IMG/VR virus record: IMGVR_UViG_3300026473_000011
Coordinates: 1 to 64,000 of that record
DNA length: 64,000 nucleotides
Origin: a virus
Strand: one strand, 5' to 3'
The notes beneath the pieces are model-generated. The model was not told the origin of the DNA. It worked only from the letters and a program-made list of their open reading frames with translations, and ran no database searches. Both the position numbers and the translations under genes were made by a program. Each line of letters starts with the position of its first letter. Positions within the stretch are counted from its first letter, which is position 1. This document shows positions 1-10,181 of the stretch, piece after piece.

Positions 1-146
1 CCATCAAGGTCAGGGAGACAGAAATGCTCCCGTCACAGGCCGGATATACGAGTGCAAGTGTTTCAGCCAAACCAGATCAAAAAAATCTCACGCAAAGTGG
101 AGGAGTCCATATACGTTCATACAGACATCGCAGCAAGGAGACCCAA

Positions 147-353
147 ATGGCAGCTACCAACATCACAACGCAGACCGAACAGAATTACGACCGCTTCATC
201 ACCGAACTGACCGCGCTCACCCGCAAATACGGTGTGGCGATCCAGTCGGTCGGTGGGGTTTACCTGGCTGATGAGCGAGGTGAATTTGACAAGCTCACTT
301 ACACAGCCGACATCAGCAGTGGCGACCTGTACCCGAATTTCTCGAACAACTAA
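147..353 (+). CDS. Small phage-associated hypothetical protein (68 aa)
   Basis: AAGGAG RBS before ATG 147; MAATNITTQTEQNYDRFITELTALTRKYGV. Confidence 0.7.
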   Translation: MAATNITTQTEQNYDRFITELTALTRKYGVAIQSVGGVYLADERGEFDKLTYTADISSGDLYPNFSNN

Positions 354-386
354 GGGCAAGCCGAACAGATTTTCTGCAGGGGAAAT

Positions 387-884
387 TCAGTGAATCGCTC
401 CGCCATGAACCAGCTCACGCACAGCCTTGTCCGGAAAGACTGCACCTTTGTAAAGCGGGCCACAGGGCGTACCTGCCAACCTGAGCGACAACCCAACCGG
501 ATCGATTGATCCATCCTGGTCGCGGTAGCCCTCTGCCAGATACACGAACTCGTTCATCACGCCTAAAACGCTGCGGTTGGCGGTCTTGGCATAGACCACC
601 TCACCCATGCCATTGATTTCTGAATCAATGAATTCGGCTGGCATGTCGAGTGCTCGCAACACTTCTCGCAACGCAATCGGGAATCGCTGCGCAAGCGTTG
701 CAGCCGGCGCCAATGGCAACAACACAGGCAACAGCGTTCTCTCATTGACCACAAGCGCCATTTGGGGCTTCCAAAACAGCGCAGTGGCATACCAGTTACC
801 AAGGCGCGTTGTACCGGCCCGAGGCGCTTCAAGCTCCGGCTTGATGCGATCGAGAAGCTTCTTGGTGCAGTGAAGACTGAACAT
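387..884 (-). CDS. Hypothetical protein, DUF6933-like
   Basis: 165 aa with CTKKLL, LGNWYA and YAKTANRSVLGVMNE motifs; family recalled, not searched. Confidence 0.65.
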   Translation of the reverse strand: MFSLHCTKKLLDRIKPELEAPRAGTTRLGNWYATALFWKPQMALVVNERTLLPVLLPLAPAATLAQRFPIALREVLRALDMPAEFIDSEINGMGEVVYAKTANRSVLGVMNEFVYLAEGYRDQDGSIDPVGLSLRLAGTPCGPLYKGAVFPDKAVRELVHGGAIH

Positions 885-947
885 GCCGGTCTGAGTTCAT
901 GGTTGGGACTTACCCATGATTTTGACGCAAGCCTATGTTGACCACCA

Positions 948-2207
948 TCATTGGGCTACTGGATCGGGAAGCGCCGCTTCGCTGGCCTCAGAAAACTTCA
1001 TGCCGTCGTCTTCGCGCACTGCCTGCTGACCGGTGTAGTCCTCCCAGCGCTTGATGATCACATCCACGAACTTGGGATCGAGTTCAATGAGACGGGCGTG
1101 ACGCCCAGTCTTCTCACTGGCGATCAGGGTGGTACCGGAGCCACCGAACAGGTCCAGAACAATGTCCCGGCTCTTCGATGAATTCTTGATGGCCCGCTCG
1201 ACCAGCTCGACCGGTTTCATGGTCGGGTGCAAGTCATTGACCCGGGGCTTGTTGTAGTTCCAGATGTCCGACTGGTCGCGGTCTCCACACCAGAAGTGGT
1301 CCGAGCCCTGCTTCCAGCCATACAGGATGGGTTCGTACTGGCGCTGGTAATCCGCGCGTCCGAGTGTGAAGGTGTTCTTGGACCAGATGATGAAAGTTGA
1401 CCACTTGCCGCCTGCCTTGATCCAGGCTTTTTGCAGGGTGTGCAGCTCAGATGAGCTCATGCACACATAGCAGGCGCCCTTGGTGACCACAAGCAGGTTC
1501 AGGCAGGCGTCATAGAGGAACTGAAAGAACCCCTCACCCAGATCGTCGTTCATGATGCGCCGGTCTTTGCCACGCATCTTGTCCTTGACACTGTTGCCGT
1601 AGTCCACGTTGTAGGGTGGATCGGTGAAGGCCATATCAGCCAATTGGCCACCCATGAGGCGCTCCACATCCGACAAGACGGTGGAGTCACCACAAAGGAG
1701 GCGGTGGTTGCCGAGAATCCACAAGTCCCCAGGTCTGGATACCGGGTCTACTGGTGCTTCTGGGATTGCGTCATCCTCAGTCAAACCACCGCCTGATTCG
1801 TCGCCGTTCAGAAGCTCTTCGAGCTCCTTGTCGGTGAAGCCCACCAGGTCAAGATCAAAGTCGGCCGCTTTGAGTTCAGCCAACTCGAGTTTTAGGAGTT
1901 CATCGTCCCAACCTGCGTTCTCGGCCAGACGGTTGTCGGCCAGGATGTAGGCCTTCTTTTGCTCGGGTGTCAGGTGCCCCAGTTCAATGACCGGCACCTC
2001 CTTGATGCCCAGCTTGCGTGCTGCCATCAAGCGGCCGTGCCCCGCGATCAAGCCCTTGGCACCGTCCGTGAGGATCGGGTTGGTCCAGCCGAACTCGGTG
2101 ATCGAGGCCGCGATTTGCGCCACCTGGGCATCGCTGTGGGTGCGGGCATTGCGTGCATAGGGGACGAGCGCGTCCACTGGGACCATGCGGATCTCAGGAT
2201 GATTCAT
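948..2207 (-). CDS. ParB-like N-terminal domain fused to an N6/N4 DNA methyltransferase
   Basis: ParB-like PYARNARTH, IAGHGR, LADNRL; catalytic DPPY; SAM-binding DLFGGSGTT; HPTMKP. Confidence 0.92.
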   Translation of the reverse strand: MNHPEIRMVPVDALVPYARNARTHSDAQVAQIAASITEFGWTNPILTDGAKGLIAGHGRLMAARKLGIKEVPVIELGHLTPEQKKAYILADNRLAENAGWDDELLKLELAELKAADFDLDLVGFTDKELEELLNGDESGGGLTEDDAIPEAPVDPVSRPGDLWILGNHRLLCGDSTVLSDVERLMGGQLADMAFTDPPYNVDYGNSVKDKMRGKDRRIMNDDLGEGFFQFLYDACLNLLVVTKGACYVCMSSSELHTLQKAWIKAGGKWSTFIIWSKNTFTLGRADYQRQYEPILYGWKQGSDHFWCGDRDQSDIWNYNKPRVNDLHPTMKPVELVERAIKNSSKSRDIVLDLFGGSGTTLIASEKTGRHARLIELDPKFVDVIIKRWEDYTGQQAVREDDGMKFSEASEAALPDPVAQ

Positions 2208-2224
2208 GGGGGTGACCGGTAAAA

Positions 2225-2473
2225 TTGACCGCAAAACGAGAATGTCTTGCAGTGCAGATCAAAGTAGTTCGCGGGGTTCTGGCCCGCAAAAGCCCGACTG
2301 AGGCCACAGCATCCGGAGCAGGCTTTACGCCGCTGGTTGCTGGGACCTATGAAGTGGGATCAGAAATTCATGGCCGTCTGGAGGTTCTCCGCGAGGGAAA
2401 ACCGATCGTGTACCTACCGCTTGAGAAGCTGGTGGAGTACGAGGCCGCAGGGGAAATCGAAGTTCATCGATAG
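2225..2473 (+). CDS. Small hypothetical protein antisense to the phage operon
   Basis: 82-aa ORF filling an intergenic gap; start uncertain. Confidence 0.4.
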   Translation: MTAKRECLAVQIKVVRGVLARKSPTEATASGAGFTPLVAGTYEVGSEIHGRLEVLREGKPIVYLPLEKLVEYEAAGEIEVHR

Positions 2474-2753
2474 GATTCAGACATCGTCAGAAGACGTCGA
2501 TGTCATCGACTGTCTTTGACCCCTTCCCAACTCTATTCCGACTGTTTCGGGGGATTTCCGAGGTGTCATCGACTGTGTGTGACTGTCATCACTGTCTTTG
2601 CACTCGTGTGTCCACCGTAGACGAAAATGTAGCTGCAAATCGGCCAAATGTTGCAGCGTGTTTTGGCCCCAAAAACCGCGCATTCCCTTTTCGATTTGAA
2701 TTGCGCCGCTCATGCACGCCAAAACACGCTAATTTCCTCTCTGGTTCAAATCC

Positions 2754-3149
2754 TCACTGTTTCGGTTGCGCGGCCTGCCTGTTAAGCAGATCGGCCACCA
2801 CTTGCATGTCCCGCTTCCAGCGTCTCCACGCAGTGGTGCGGTCACAGGCAAAGCGCTTGCTGATTTCCACCCAGTCAAATCGCTTGGCCCGCATCCACAC
2901 CAGGTGCCGCTCATCGAGTTCAAGCATCTGTACCCAGCGCATGACTTCGAGCATCTGCTCCACATCCTGTGGAGATGGAGGTGCCATGCGGTACACCCTG
3001 TGCGGATCCGGGTACGTGTCGTTTGGCAAGATCACAATGGGCCAGGTGCTGGCGTAGCCCTGCACCGCCACGCGTGGCAGGCGCCTGGCGGTTCTGGCCG
3101 CATCGACAAAGCGCTCGGCCACCGCTTCGACTGTCCAGACTTCAACCAT
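2754..3149 (-). CDS. Phage HTH regulator, DUF6362-like
   Basis: WTVEAVAERF N-terminus; C-terminal HTH WVEISKRFACDRTTAWRRW; GGAGG RBS. Confidence 0.75.
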   Translation of the reverse strand: MVEVWTVEAVAERFVDAARTARRLPRVAVQGYASTWPIVILPNDTYPDPHRVYRMAPPSPQDVEQMLEVMRWVQMLELDERHLVWMRAKRFDWVEISKRFACDRTTAWRRWKRDMQVVADLLNRQAAQPKQ

Positions 3150-3366
3150 GGCCACCTCCCTTTTGCTGACCATGGCCTTGGCCGTAGAGCCGCTCGCCAA
3201 TGCTGCGAATGGGTTGGCGCTCCAGGAAGTCCAGGCGCTCGTCATCATGGGAGATGACCAGGATGTGCTGATCGCGCCACCCCTGGCGTTTGGTGGCTTC
3301 GACATCCATGGGAGTGGCCTGCATGCGTCCAAGGGGCGATGGGTAACGTGCTGGAGGGATCTTCAT
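3142..3366 (-). CDS. Small phage hypothetical protein (74 aa)
   Basis: Overlaps the next gene; GGAGG RBS; follows the primase. Confidence 0.7.
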   Translation of the reverse strand: MKIPPARYPSPLGRMQATPMDVEATKRQGWRDQHILVISHDDERLDFLERQPIRSIGERLYGQGHGQQKGGGHG

Positions 3367-3424
3367 ACCTGCCCTCCAAACGAAATATTCCGATGCGCCG
3401 CTGGGAAGTCAAAAACGGACTTGT

Positions 3425-3540
3425 ACGGTTTTGACAATGGGTCTGACGCTTTTGACGGTACAAAACACTCCTTCTCTTTATGCGCGTCTACGCGCCCGCG
3501 TAAAGAACCAATGTAATGACTCGTCAGTTGTGTCGAAGAG
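3425..3540. other. Putative replication origin downstream of the primase
   Basis: Three TGAC boxes on the left, inverted CGTCAG/TGTCGA on the right, central imperfect IR TCTTTATGCG...CGCGTAAAGA (3475-3506). Confidence 0.4.
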
Positions 3541-3575
3541 CCAATATCTGAAACCTTTTTCATTGAAATTTCCTC

Positions 3576-5894
3576 TCAATCATCGTTGTATGGATAGGAC
3601 CGGGCAGGCAAGGAAGTGGGCTGTTTGAGGTCGATCCCCTGATAGCCACGCACGCCCATGGAGTTGCGCCACTTCTCGAACCGTCTGGCCAGCAAGGCGT
3701 CCGAGAACCGGCGTTGCGTGCCTATGTACTCACCACTGAGTTCGGCCCACTGCTTCCAGTCGTTGAAGAGGGTGGCTGTCAATGCCTTGTGGTTGACGCC
3801 CAGGTTGCAGCGCTCACTCATCCACCGCCCCATGGCGTCCTCGGCCTCGAAGTACTCTTCGGTCGCACTCACCACGGACTTGGGCTGGACCAGGCCCTGG
3901 GTTTGCCAAAGCAGGCAGCCCTGCACCGCCCAGGCCATGATTCCGTCGCGCTCGGCAAGCAGCTTCTCGGTCAAGAGCGGATCGCGCTTTTCTGGAGGGA
4001 CCGTGATCGTGAAAGGGATCAGGTGCATGCGGCGGCGCATGGCCTCGTCGATGTTGCGAATCGCAGGCTTGTGATTGCCCGCGATGAGCAGCTTGAACTG
4101 CGGCCGGTAGGTGAAGAAGTCCTGGTGCATCAGGCGCGCAGTGATGTCGTCACCCCCCGTGATCGCCTTGATCTTGGATTCGTTCCAGCGCCTGCCTTGC
4201 TCTGTCTCCGTTGCCGAAACAAAGCGGGCACCACGCAGTCCTGCCAGATCAGTGGGGTGCCGGTCCGAGCGCGATTCCATGAAGGTGTCCATGGGAGCGT
4301 TTGCGGCATAGTCGCCCAGCACCGTGGAGATCACGTTCACAAACACCGACTTGCCATTGGCCCCTGTGCCGTACAGGAAGAAGAGCGCATGGGTGCTGAT
4401 GTCACCCGTCAGGCAATACCCCACCACGCGTTGCAGGTAGTCCTGGAGTTCTTCATCGCCCCCAGTGACGTTCACCAGAAAATTGCGCCAAACCGGGCAA
4501 TCGCCTTGCGGCGTGGCCGTGGTGACCTTGGTCATGCGGCGGTCCCGATCGTGTGGGCCACGTGCACCAGTGCGCAAGTCCACAATGCCACCAGGCGTGT
4601 TCAAGAGCCAGACGCTGGAGTCCCACTCTTCAACCGTGGCGCTGTGACGGGGCTCCGAACGCACAATGCGCTCTATCGCCGAGATCGTTCCAGAGCTGGC
4701 CAAGCGACCTTTGAGCTTGGTGCCATCCGCTTGTACCGAAGCAGCCCTGCAGATCAAGCGACACAGGTGCATCACATACAAGGCTTTGTCGATGTTCCAG
4801 CGCACACCATTCCACACGAGCCACTTGCTCCACGGCGCGCAGTAGCGCCAGTCCTCGGCGAACTGGTGAGAAAAGGCCATGGCCAAGCCATCTTCGTTCG
4901 TGTAGTCGATGCCGTCGACCAACTGCATGGGCGCATGCACATCGATCTGACGCACCACAGGAACTCTCTCGCCAACGGCCAGAAATCCCGTGATGTCAAA
5001 GCCGTCCTGCACAGCATCGGCCACATCCCAGCCTTCGGGCTTCTCTGCCGGGGGCTGCAAGATCACGCACGACTTGGCCCCCGCCTGCATGATGGCTTGT
5101 GAGGCATGGTCGGCGTATTGCCAGCCAGGCTTATCCCGGTCTGGCCAGATCAGTACGTGCTTGCCAGACAAGGGCGACCAGTCGGTTTTTTCGACGGGAG
5201 CGTTGGCTCCATGCATGGCTGTGGTGGCGCACACCCCCAGATCAATCAATGCCTGAGCGCACTTCTCGCCTTCCACCACCACGACCTGCTCAGCCTTGAG
5301 CATGCCCGGCTGGTTGAACAGAGGACGCGGCTCTGGAGGAGCCATCTTGCGACGGCGCACATCCCAGGGCCTGAATTCTTTGCGCCCGGGTTCGGGGTCG
5401 TAGCGGTAAACCACAGCGATGAGTTTTCCGCTGGCGTCCTGGTAATCCCACTTGGCCGTTGAAGGGCCAAGCTCATCCACAGCAGGTGCTTTGGCTTTAC
5501 TGGCTGCCACGCTGCTTACGGGCATGGCTGAGGCACGGCCAAGCCAACTCTTGGCCCGCTCGAGCACCTGGGGAAATTGGACCTGCACATCGAGGCTGTA
5601 GTAACGGGCGATGAGGTCGAGGATGTCACCGCCTTCACCCGTGGCACGGTCGGTCCACAAGCCAGCCTTAGGGCCAGAAAGCAGGAGTTCCAGGCTGTCA
5701 CCGGGACCACCCATCACATCGCCGACCAGGTACTTGTTCTGGCGACGTTTGCCCGAAGGCCAGATATCCAATACCAACAGGCCAAGTTGTTCGTTGAGGG
5801 CTGAGCGGATTTCATCTTTCTCGCGCGCCGTGTCCGTACCGCCCTCAGCAGCCTTACGCGCTTGGCCGCTGGGGACATCGTTGAAATCAAGCAT
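3576..5894 (-). CDS. Phage/plasmid primase-helicase, P4 family (TOPRIM + D5-like SF3 helicase)
   Basis: TOPRIM VVEGEKCA and WPDRD; Walker A GTGANGKS; ITGGD and AMRRR motifs. Confidence 0.92.
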   Translation of the reverse strand: MLDFNDVPSGQARKAAEGGTDTAREKDEIRSALNEQLGLLVLDIWPSGKRRQNKYLVGDVMGGPGDSLELLLSGPKAGLWTDRATGEGGDILDLIARYYSLDVQVQFPQVLERAKSWLGRASAMPVSSVAASKAKAPAVDELGPSTAKWDYQDASGKLIAVVYRYDPEPGRKEFRPWDVRRRKMAPPEPRPLFNQPGMLKAEQVVVVEGEKCAQALIDLGVCATTAMHGANAPVEKTDWSPLSGKHVLIWPDRDKPGWQYADHASQAIMQAGAKSCVILQPPAEKPEGWDVADAVQDGFDITGFLAVGERVPVVRQIDVHAPMQLVDGIDYTNEDGLAMAFSHQFAEDWRYCAPWSKWLVWNGVRWNIDKALYVMHLCRLICRAASVQADGTKLKGRLASSGTISAIERIVRSEPRHSATVEEWDSSVWLLNTPGGIVDLRTGARGPHDRDRRMTKVTTATPQGDCPVWRNFLVNVTGGDEELQDYLQRVVGYCLTGDISTHALFFLYGTGANGKSVFVNVISTVLGDYAANAPMDTFMESRSDRHPTDLAGLRGARFVSATETEQGRRWNESKIKAITGGDDITARLMHQDFFTYRPQFKLLIAGNHKPAIRNIDEAMRRRMHLIPFTITVPPEKRDPLLTEKLLAERDGIMAWAVQGCLLWQTQGLVQPKSVVSATEEYFEAEDAMGRWMSERCNLGVNHKALTATLFNDWKQWAELSGEYIGTQRRFSDALLARRFEKWRNSMGVRGYQGIDLKQPTSLPARSYPYNDD

Positions 5895-6126
5895 GCGCAC
5901 CTCCCGTTTGAGATGCATCTGGGTACTTGACCTGCTCGGCTGCGTACCTCACTTGCCATTTGTGAAGTTCCCGGATCCGATAGCGCACCATGCGATTGAT
6001 GGAGTAGTACGGGATTCCCAACTCAGCGCGCTTGCGGGCATCGATGAAGTAGTACAGCGGTAGGTTCAGTGCAGCAGAAGCCTGCTCGGCCGTGACAAGA
6101 AAGTCCTCCGCGAAGTCAGCCGCCAT
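5887..6126 (-). CDS. Excisionase-like DNA-binding protein
   Basis: TAEQASAALNLP...IPYYSINRMVRYR winged-HTH pattern; start could be further upstream. Confidence 0.65.
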   Translation of the reverse strand: MAADFAEDFLVTAEQASAALNLPLYYFIDARKRAELGIPYYSINRMVRYRIRELHKWQVRYAAEQVKYPDASQTGGAHA

Positions 6127-6248
6127 ATGTGCTGGCTGCCTCTTTGGAGAAATCATTGGTTTGGTTTTTTTCATGAAAACAGTCATCCCTGCAGACGGCT
6201 TTCGTCGTCTGCATCAGTTGGTTGGTGAAGGTTGGAAGGACGCTCAGC

Positions 6249-6689
6249 TCAATAAATTGGCTGGGCATCCAGTTGCATACGAACGCTTGGGTACTTGCTG
6301 CGTTCGTGTTCTTGAACCATGGCCTCGACATAGGTCGTGACCACGGCGTTGATCAGCTGCAGAGCTTCTTGCTGGGTGTAGCTCGACAGCGGGCGATCCA
6401 TTCCGATCTCGCTGGCAGCTTCGCCCAAAGGCTTGAGGCACTGCTGCATGGCGGCGAGTTCTGCTTCAGTCGGATCTATCACGCCCACTCCCAAGTCTGC
6501 TGCCGTCGGCAATGCGCCCTCGCGTTCGAGGTAGCGCACACCGGCCGCGTAAAGCCGATGGAAACAATCTTGGCAACGCCTTGAGCAGAAGATCCAGTCG
6601 ATGGGATATCGCTTGGGATGCCCCACCTTGAAGCGCAGATCCACATGGCCAAATCCTCTGGCCTGACGGGAACACACCCAGCACTTCAT
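6249..6689 (-). CDS. Zn-finger phage protein, DUF6511-like
   Basis: MKCWVCSR...FCSRRCQD. Confidence 0.7.
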   Translation of the reverse strand: MKCWVCSRQARGFGHVDLRFKVGHPKRYPIDWIFCSRRCQDCFHRLYAAGVRYLEREGALPTAADLGVGVIDPTEAELAAMQQCLKPLGEAASEIGMDRPLSSYTQQEALQLINAVVTTYVEAMVQEHERSKYPSVRMQLDAQPIY

Positions 6690-6701
6690 GCAGCCTCGCC
6701 A

Positions 6702-7385
6702 TCACTGCGCCCATGCAGGTCGGCCCTGCACGTTGCCGGGACGGGGGGTGTAGCTGACCCCCGACTGGGGGGCTTGCGCCGCAGTTGTGGGTACGGCAGT
6801 CGCTGGGGCCCCGCCAGATCCATGGCCACCACCGGTGCCCCCATCACGTTGCAGTTTGGCTTGCATCAGGTCGGCGTACTCTTTGTGATCGGGCTCAATC
6901 ACCAGCCGGATGATGTTGCGGTACTCGCCTTGGCCATCTTTTTCAATACCGATGCGCGCGGCAAATTCAGCACCATCGAGGTCACCAAAGCTGCGAATCT
7001 GGCGAGCGCGCTGTGCTTCGGGTGAGTTGTCATAGGGGTGGATGTTGCGCGAGCTGTTGAGCACCGCCTTGATGAAGCTGCGCCCCATCTGCGCCCAAGT
7101 TGGCCCCTTGTTGGAGTGCAGGCCCACATTGCTCCAGATCTTGCGCTTGGCAAATGGTCCCGTGAGCAGCACGAATTCGCAGGACAGGAACACTGCCCCC
7201 GTTTCATCCGACGCCGTGGCATAGCCACCCGTCCAGCCCTTGCTGGCGTCGTCATGGCCGCCGGGTTTGATGGCCATGCGCACCAGGGCCTGGGTGCCTT
7301 TTGGGATCAGGTTGAACTCGCCTTGCTGGGCATCGGCGTTATTGAAATCAGACCATGCAGCCTGGTGGTGGTTGTCGTGGTTCAT
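6702..7385 (-). CDS. Putative ssDNA-binding protein (DUF669-like)
   Basis: DFNNA...LIPKGT N-terminus; low-complexity tail ending RPAWAQ; located in the replication operon. Confidence 0.7.
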   Translation of the reverse strand: MNHDNHHQAAWSDFNNADAQQGEFNLIPKGTQALVRMAIKPGGHDDASKGWTGGYATASDETGAVFLSCEFVLLTGPFAKRKIWSNVGLHSNKGPTWAQMGRSFIKAVLNSSRNIHPYDNSPEAQRARQIRSFGDLDGAEFAARIGIEKDGQGEYRNIIRLVIEPDHKEYADLMQAKLQRDGGTGGGHGSGGAPATAVPTTAAQAPQSGVSYTPRPGNVQGRPAWAQ

Positions 7386-7439
7386 TGAGAAATCTCCTTT
7401 GATTGGTGGTGTTTGGGTGAAGATGAAGGCTTTGGGCGC

Positions 7440-7925
7440 TCAGAGCTGGACATCACCTACCCAGCGGATCTGGAAGGTGGGCTCGGTGATGAGTTCCTTG
7501 CGGGCGGGCTGAAATGCCGCGCGCAGCAGTGGGTGCCAGCGGGCGTAGTCCTGCTCAGCCACCGTGAACTGAACCTGCATGAAGTCCTGTACGCGGTCAC
7601 CTGCAACGACCATCCGTTCAGCGATTTCAGACAGGTGCTTTTGGTCCCAGACGATTTCTTTGGGCTGAGAGACATCGATCTGCAGGTCACCGTCGTCGAT
7701 CCGGAACCTTGCCGCTTCGTCCTGACCCAGGGTTGCGGCATGACGGATCTGGTCGGCATAGCGAGTTTCCATGCCCCGATTGATCCGGCCACGCATTTGC
7801 AGCGTCCAGTCATGGAGCTGCTGCACAGCGTTGCTGAAATGAACCAGTTGGTCTTTGGGCAGACGGCTGATCTGGCTCTCGGAGAGGTCAGGCAAAGCCG
7901 CCTGCTGCAATTGAAGGTGATTCAT
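7440..7925 (-). CDS. Phage hypothetical protein (161 aa)
   Basis: AAGGAG RBS before ATG 7925; PKEIVWDQ motif. Confidence 0.7.
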   Translation of the reverse strand: MNHLQLQQAALPDLSESQISRLPKDQLVHFSNAVQQLHDWTLQMRGRINRGMETRYADQIRHAATLGQDEAARFRIDDGDLQIDVSQPKEIVWDQKHLSEIAERMVVAGDRVQDFMQVQFTVAEQDYARWHPLLRAAFQPARKELITEPTFQIRWVGDVQL

Positions 7926-7936
7926 GGGGTGACTCC

Positions 7937-8206
7937 TTAGGCTGTTGCTCGTTGTGATGTGGAGACGTGCTGGACGCAGTTCTCGAAGGCGATCACGGCA
8001 TTGAGGGGGTAGTTCACCCGCTTGCCCAGCTTCAAGTAGTGGGGACCGCGCCCTTCCATTCGCCAACGTTGAAGGGTCTTGGGGCTCATTCCCCATCGCG
8101 AAGCCAAATCGGCTTCGCTCAGGACTTGCCGTGGGTGCATGTATGGCTCTGAGGCCATGACGCTCAAGGGGTTGAGCGTTGAAAGCGCTGGTGTTGCTAG
8201 CAGCAT
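7937..8206 (-). CDS. AlpA/HTH_17-type DNA-binding protein
   Basis: LASRWGMSPKTLQRWRMEGRGPHYLKLG; AAAGGAG RBS. Confidence 0.85.
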   Translation of the reverse strand: MLLATPALSTLNPLSVMASEPYMHPRQVLSEADLASRWGMSPKTLQRWRMEGRGPHYLKLGKRVNYPLNAVIAFENCVQHVSTSQRATA

Positions 8207-8262
8207 TGGTCACTCCTTTCAGAGAGTTGAGGGACAACGCTGCTATTTCAGAAAATCAATAG

Positions 8263-8316
8263 GGAACTGATAAGGAACTGATTAAGGAACTTTGGCGATA
8301 ACTCCAGTTCCTTAAT
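8263..8316. promoter_or_regulatory. Operator array upstream of the early operon
   Basis: Three direct GGAACT repeats plus a perfect 11-bp IR, ATTAAGGAACT (8281-8291) / AGTTCCTTAAT (8306-8316). Confidence 0.6.
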
Positions 8317-8440
8317 AACTGCCGACATTCAGCGGACATGACACATGAGATGCGTCACCCACCCGGCTGCGCAAGTCGGAGGGCTGATGTGGCGTGAAAA
8401 GATCCGTCGGAAAGCGCTGGCCGACGGACTGAGGATGAAT

Positions 8441-9181
8441 TTACAAATCGAAAGCGTAAGCAGCAGCAACCCGGTCCATCGCTTGCAACTGGTCGGGGCG
8501 ATTCAATGCGACAACAGCCCGGGCAAAAGTCTGTAAGTCGGCTTGGAGTTTTGCGGGTAACTCAATCACTTGCCCCGGCTGCAGAAGTGCTGACAACTGC
8601 ACAATGTCAGCCAGGTGCTTGTTGATCTTTTTGGAATCGATGACTTCGCCCTGCTTGACGCGGTCGCTCATCTCCATCCACGCCACCGCCTTCAATGGAA
8701 TCAGTCGGTCCTCGCCCACCCAGGACGGCATGCCGTGCTTGTTTTTTCGACCGGTGAGCACGAACTGGTAATACTCATCGTCAAGCAAGATGGCCGACAG
8801 GCTGGAGACCTGCTCGTCCATTGGGATGGGCGTCAGATGCCCTGGAGGCACAAAGCTCAAGCCGTCCGGCACCCGAGAAAACAGCTCCAGCATGAACGGA
8901 AAATCGTCGTCCAGCGGTTTCTGGAAACGGTACAGACAGGGCTTTTTCTCAGGATCGCCTTCTTTTTGCTGGTAACCACCAGCTTGCACGAATTCCCAGA
9001 ATTTCTGTCCAAAAGCAGGTGTCAAGACCTCTACGTGCAAAACGATGTCCAGATCCTTGGTGCCTCGAAACGGCACACCCGCCTCTTCCATGGTGATTGA
9101 GGCGGCCGTCCCGCCGATCAGCACGTACTGGTTCTCGAAGTCTTTGAACCACTCTTGAAAAATTGCCTGCCCTCTCACCAC
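8441..9181 (-). CDS. Nucleotidyltransferase-fold protein (AbiEii/MenT-like toxin candidate)
   Basis: LIGGTA...RGTKDLDIV signature; LKA and KHLAD motifs. Confidence 0.75.
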   Translation of the reverse strand: MVRGQAIFQEWFKDFENQYVLIGGTAASITMEEAGVPFRGTKDLDIVLHVEVLTPAFGQKFWEFVQAGGYQQKEGDPEKKPCLYRFQKPLDDDFPFMLELFSRVPDGLSFVPPGHLTPIPMDEQVSSLSAILLDDEYYQFVLTGRKNKHGMPSWVGEDRLIPLKAVAWMEMSDRVKQGEVIDSKKINKHLADIVQLSALLQPGQVIELPAKLQADLQTFARAVVALNRPDQLQAMDRVAAAYAFDL

Positions 9182-10176
9182 AAGAACTTCTCCTCAATCT
9201 CATCGAGCGCCATCTGGATCCGGTCGTCACGGTTGTCCCTCAAGCTGAGCCACAAAGACAAAGGATCCACGGTCTTTTCCTTCGCTTGCATGCCGGGCTC
9301 ATAACGCCACACCTGCACAGCAATGCCATCGGCAATCTCACGGGGCTCGAAGAATATACCTGCCTGCTTTGCCCGCTGCTCATCCTCGGCCGTCAGGGCC
9401 ACAACTTGCTGGCGCGGTTCATTGAGCATGGTCAGATGAGCCAAGGCGCTCTCCCCAGCCCAACGCGCGTCCGTCACTTGCACAATGCGCTTTTCGTAGG
9501 TCCACAAGGTTCTGAGAACCGGTGTGCGCAAGTGGGGCTTGGCCCTTTCCCAAAGATCACGGCGGGTACTTTGGAGCTTGAGGTATTTGGCCCGGCCTCG
9601 CACTTCCAGTTCAAACAGTTCGAATTGCAACAACTCGCGCACAGCCCGTGTGGCCGTCATCCCGGCATAACCTAGCGCTGCAGCTTCTTCAAACGGATGC
9701 CAGGTTTCCGAGACCGGATGGTGATTCAAAAACCAGATCAACAGCGCCTGAGTGGCAGGGCTAAACAGTTCCTGCTCCCTACGAGGTTCAGCGCCAAAGC
9801 GCTCGGTCAAAATCAGGCCCAGCTGCGGTGCGAAAAGCTGCCTGTCAGGAACCACAAAGGCCACACCGTGCGCAATCAGTTGCTTGCGCTCACCGGGGGC
9901 AATCTCTGGCAATGCGATGATGACTGGCGCATCCAACAACTCACGCAGCAGTTTGGTGTGTTGGCTTATTTGCTGAGCAGCCAGTGGCTGATGCCCTTTG
10001 ACACAGGCCAGTGTGATCGGTTGTCCCAGCAGCTCGCCGGTCAACACGTCATAGGTTTCTTGAAGGAAATACGTCAGCTCAGCGGTTCTTGCGCTGCTAG
10101 CCACGCGCACGGCTTCCCCTCCGATGACCTGGTTCAAGTACCGGACGGTTTGCTGGAGAAGCGCTTTATCTAACAT
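9175..10176 (-). CDS. Winged-HTH partner of the NTase (AbiEi-like antitoxin/regulator)
   Basis: HTH AAALGYAGMTATRAVREL; AGESAL and VDPLSLWLSL motifs; overlaps the NTase start. Confidence 0.7.
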   Translation of the reverse strand: MLDKALLQQTVRYLNQVIGGEAVRVASSARTAELTYFLQETYDVLTGELLGQPITLACVKGHQPLAAQQISQHTKLLRELLDAPVIIALPEIAPGERKQLIAHGVAFVVPDRQLFAPQLGLILTERFGAEPRREQELFSPATQALLIWFLNHHPVSETWHPFEEAAALGYAGMTATRAVRELLQFELFELEVRGRAKYLKLQSTRRDLWERAKPHLRTPVLRTLWTYEKRIVQVTDARWAGESALAHLTMLNEPRQQVVALTAEDEQRAKQAGIFFEPREIADGIAVQVWRYEPGMQAKEKTVDPLSLWLSLRDNRDDRIQMALDEIEEKFLW

Positions 10177-10181
10177 ACGGA

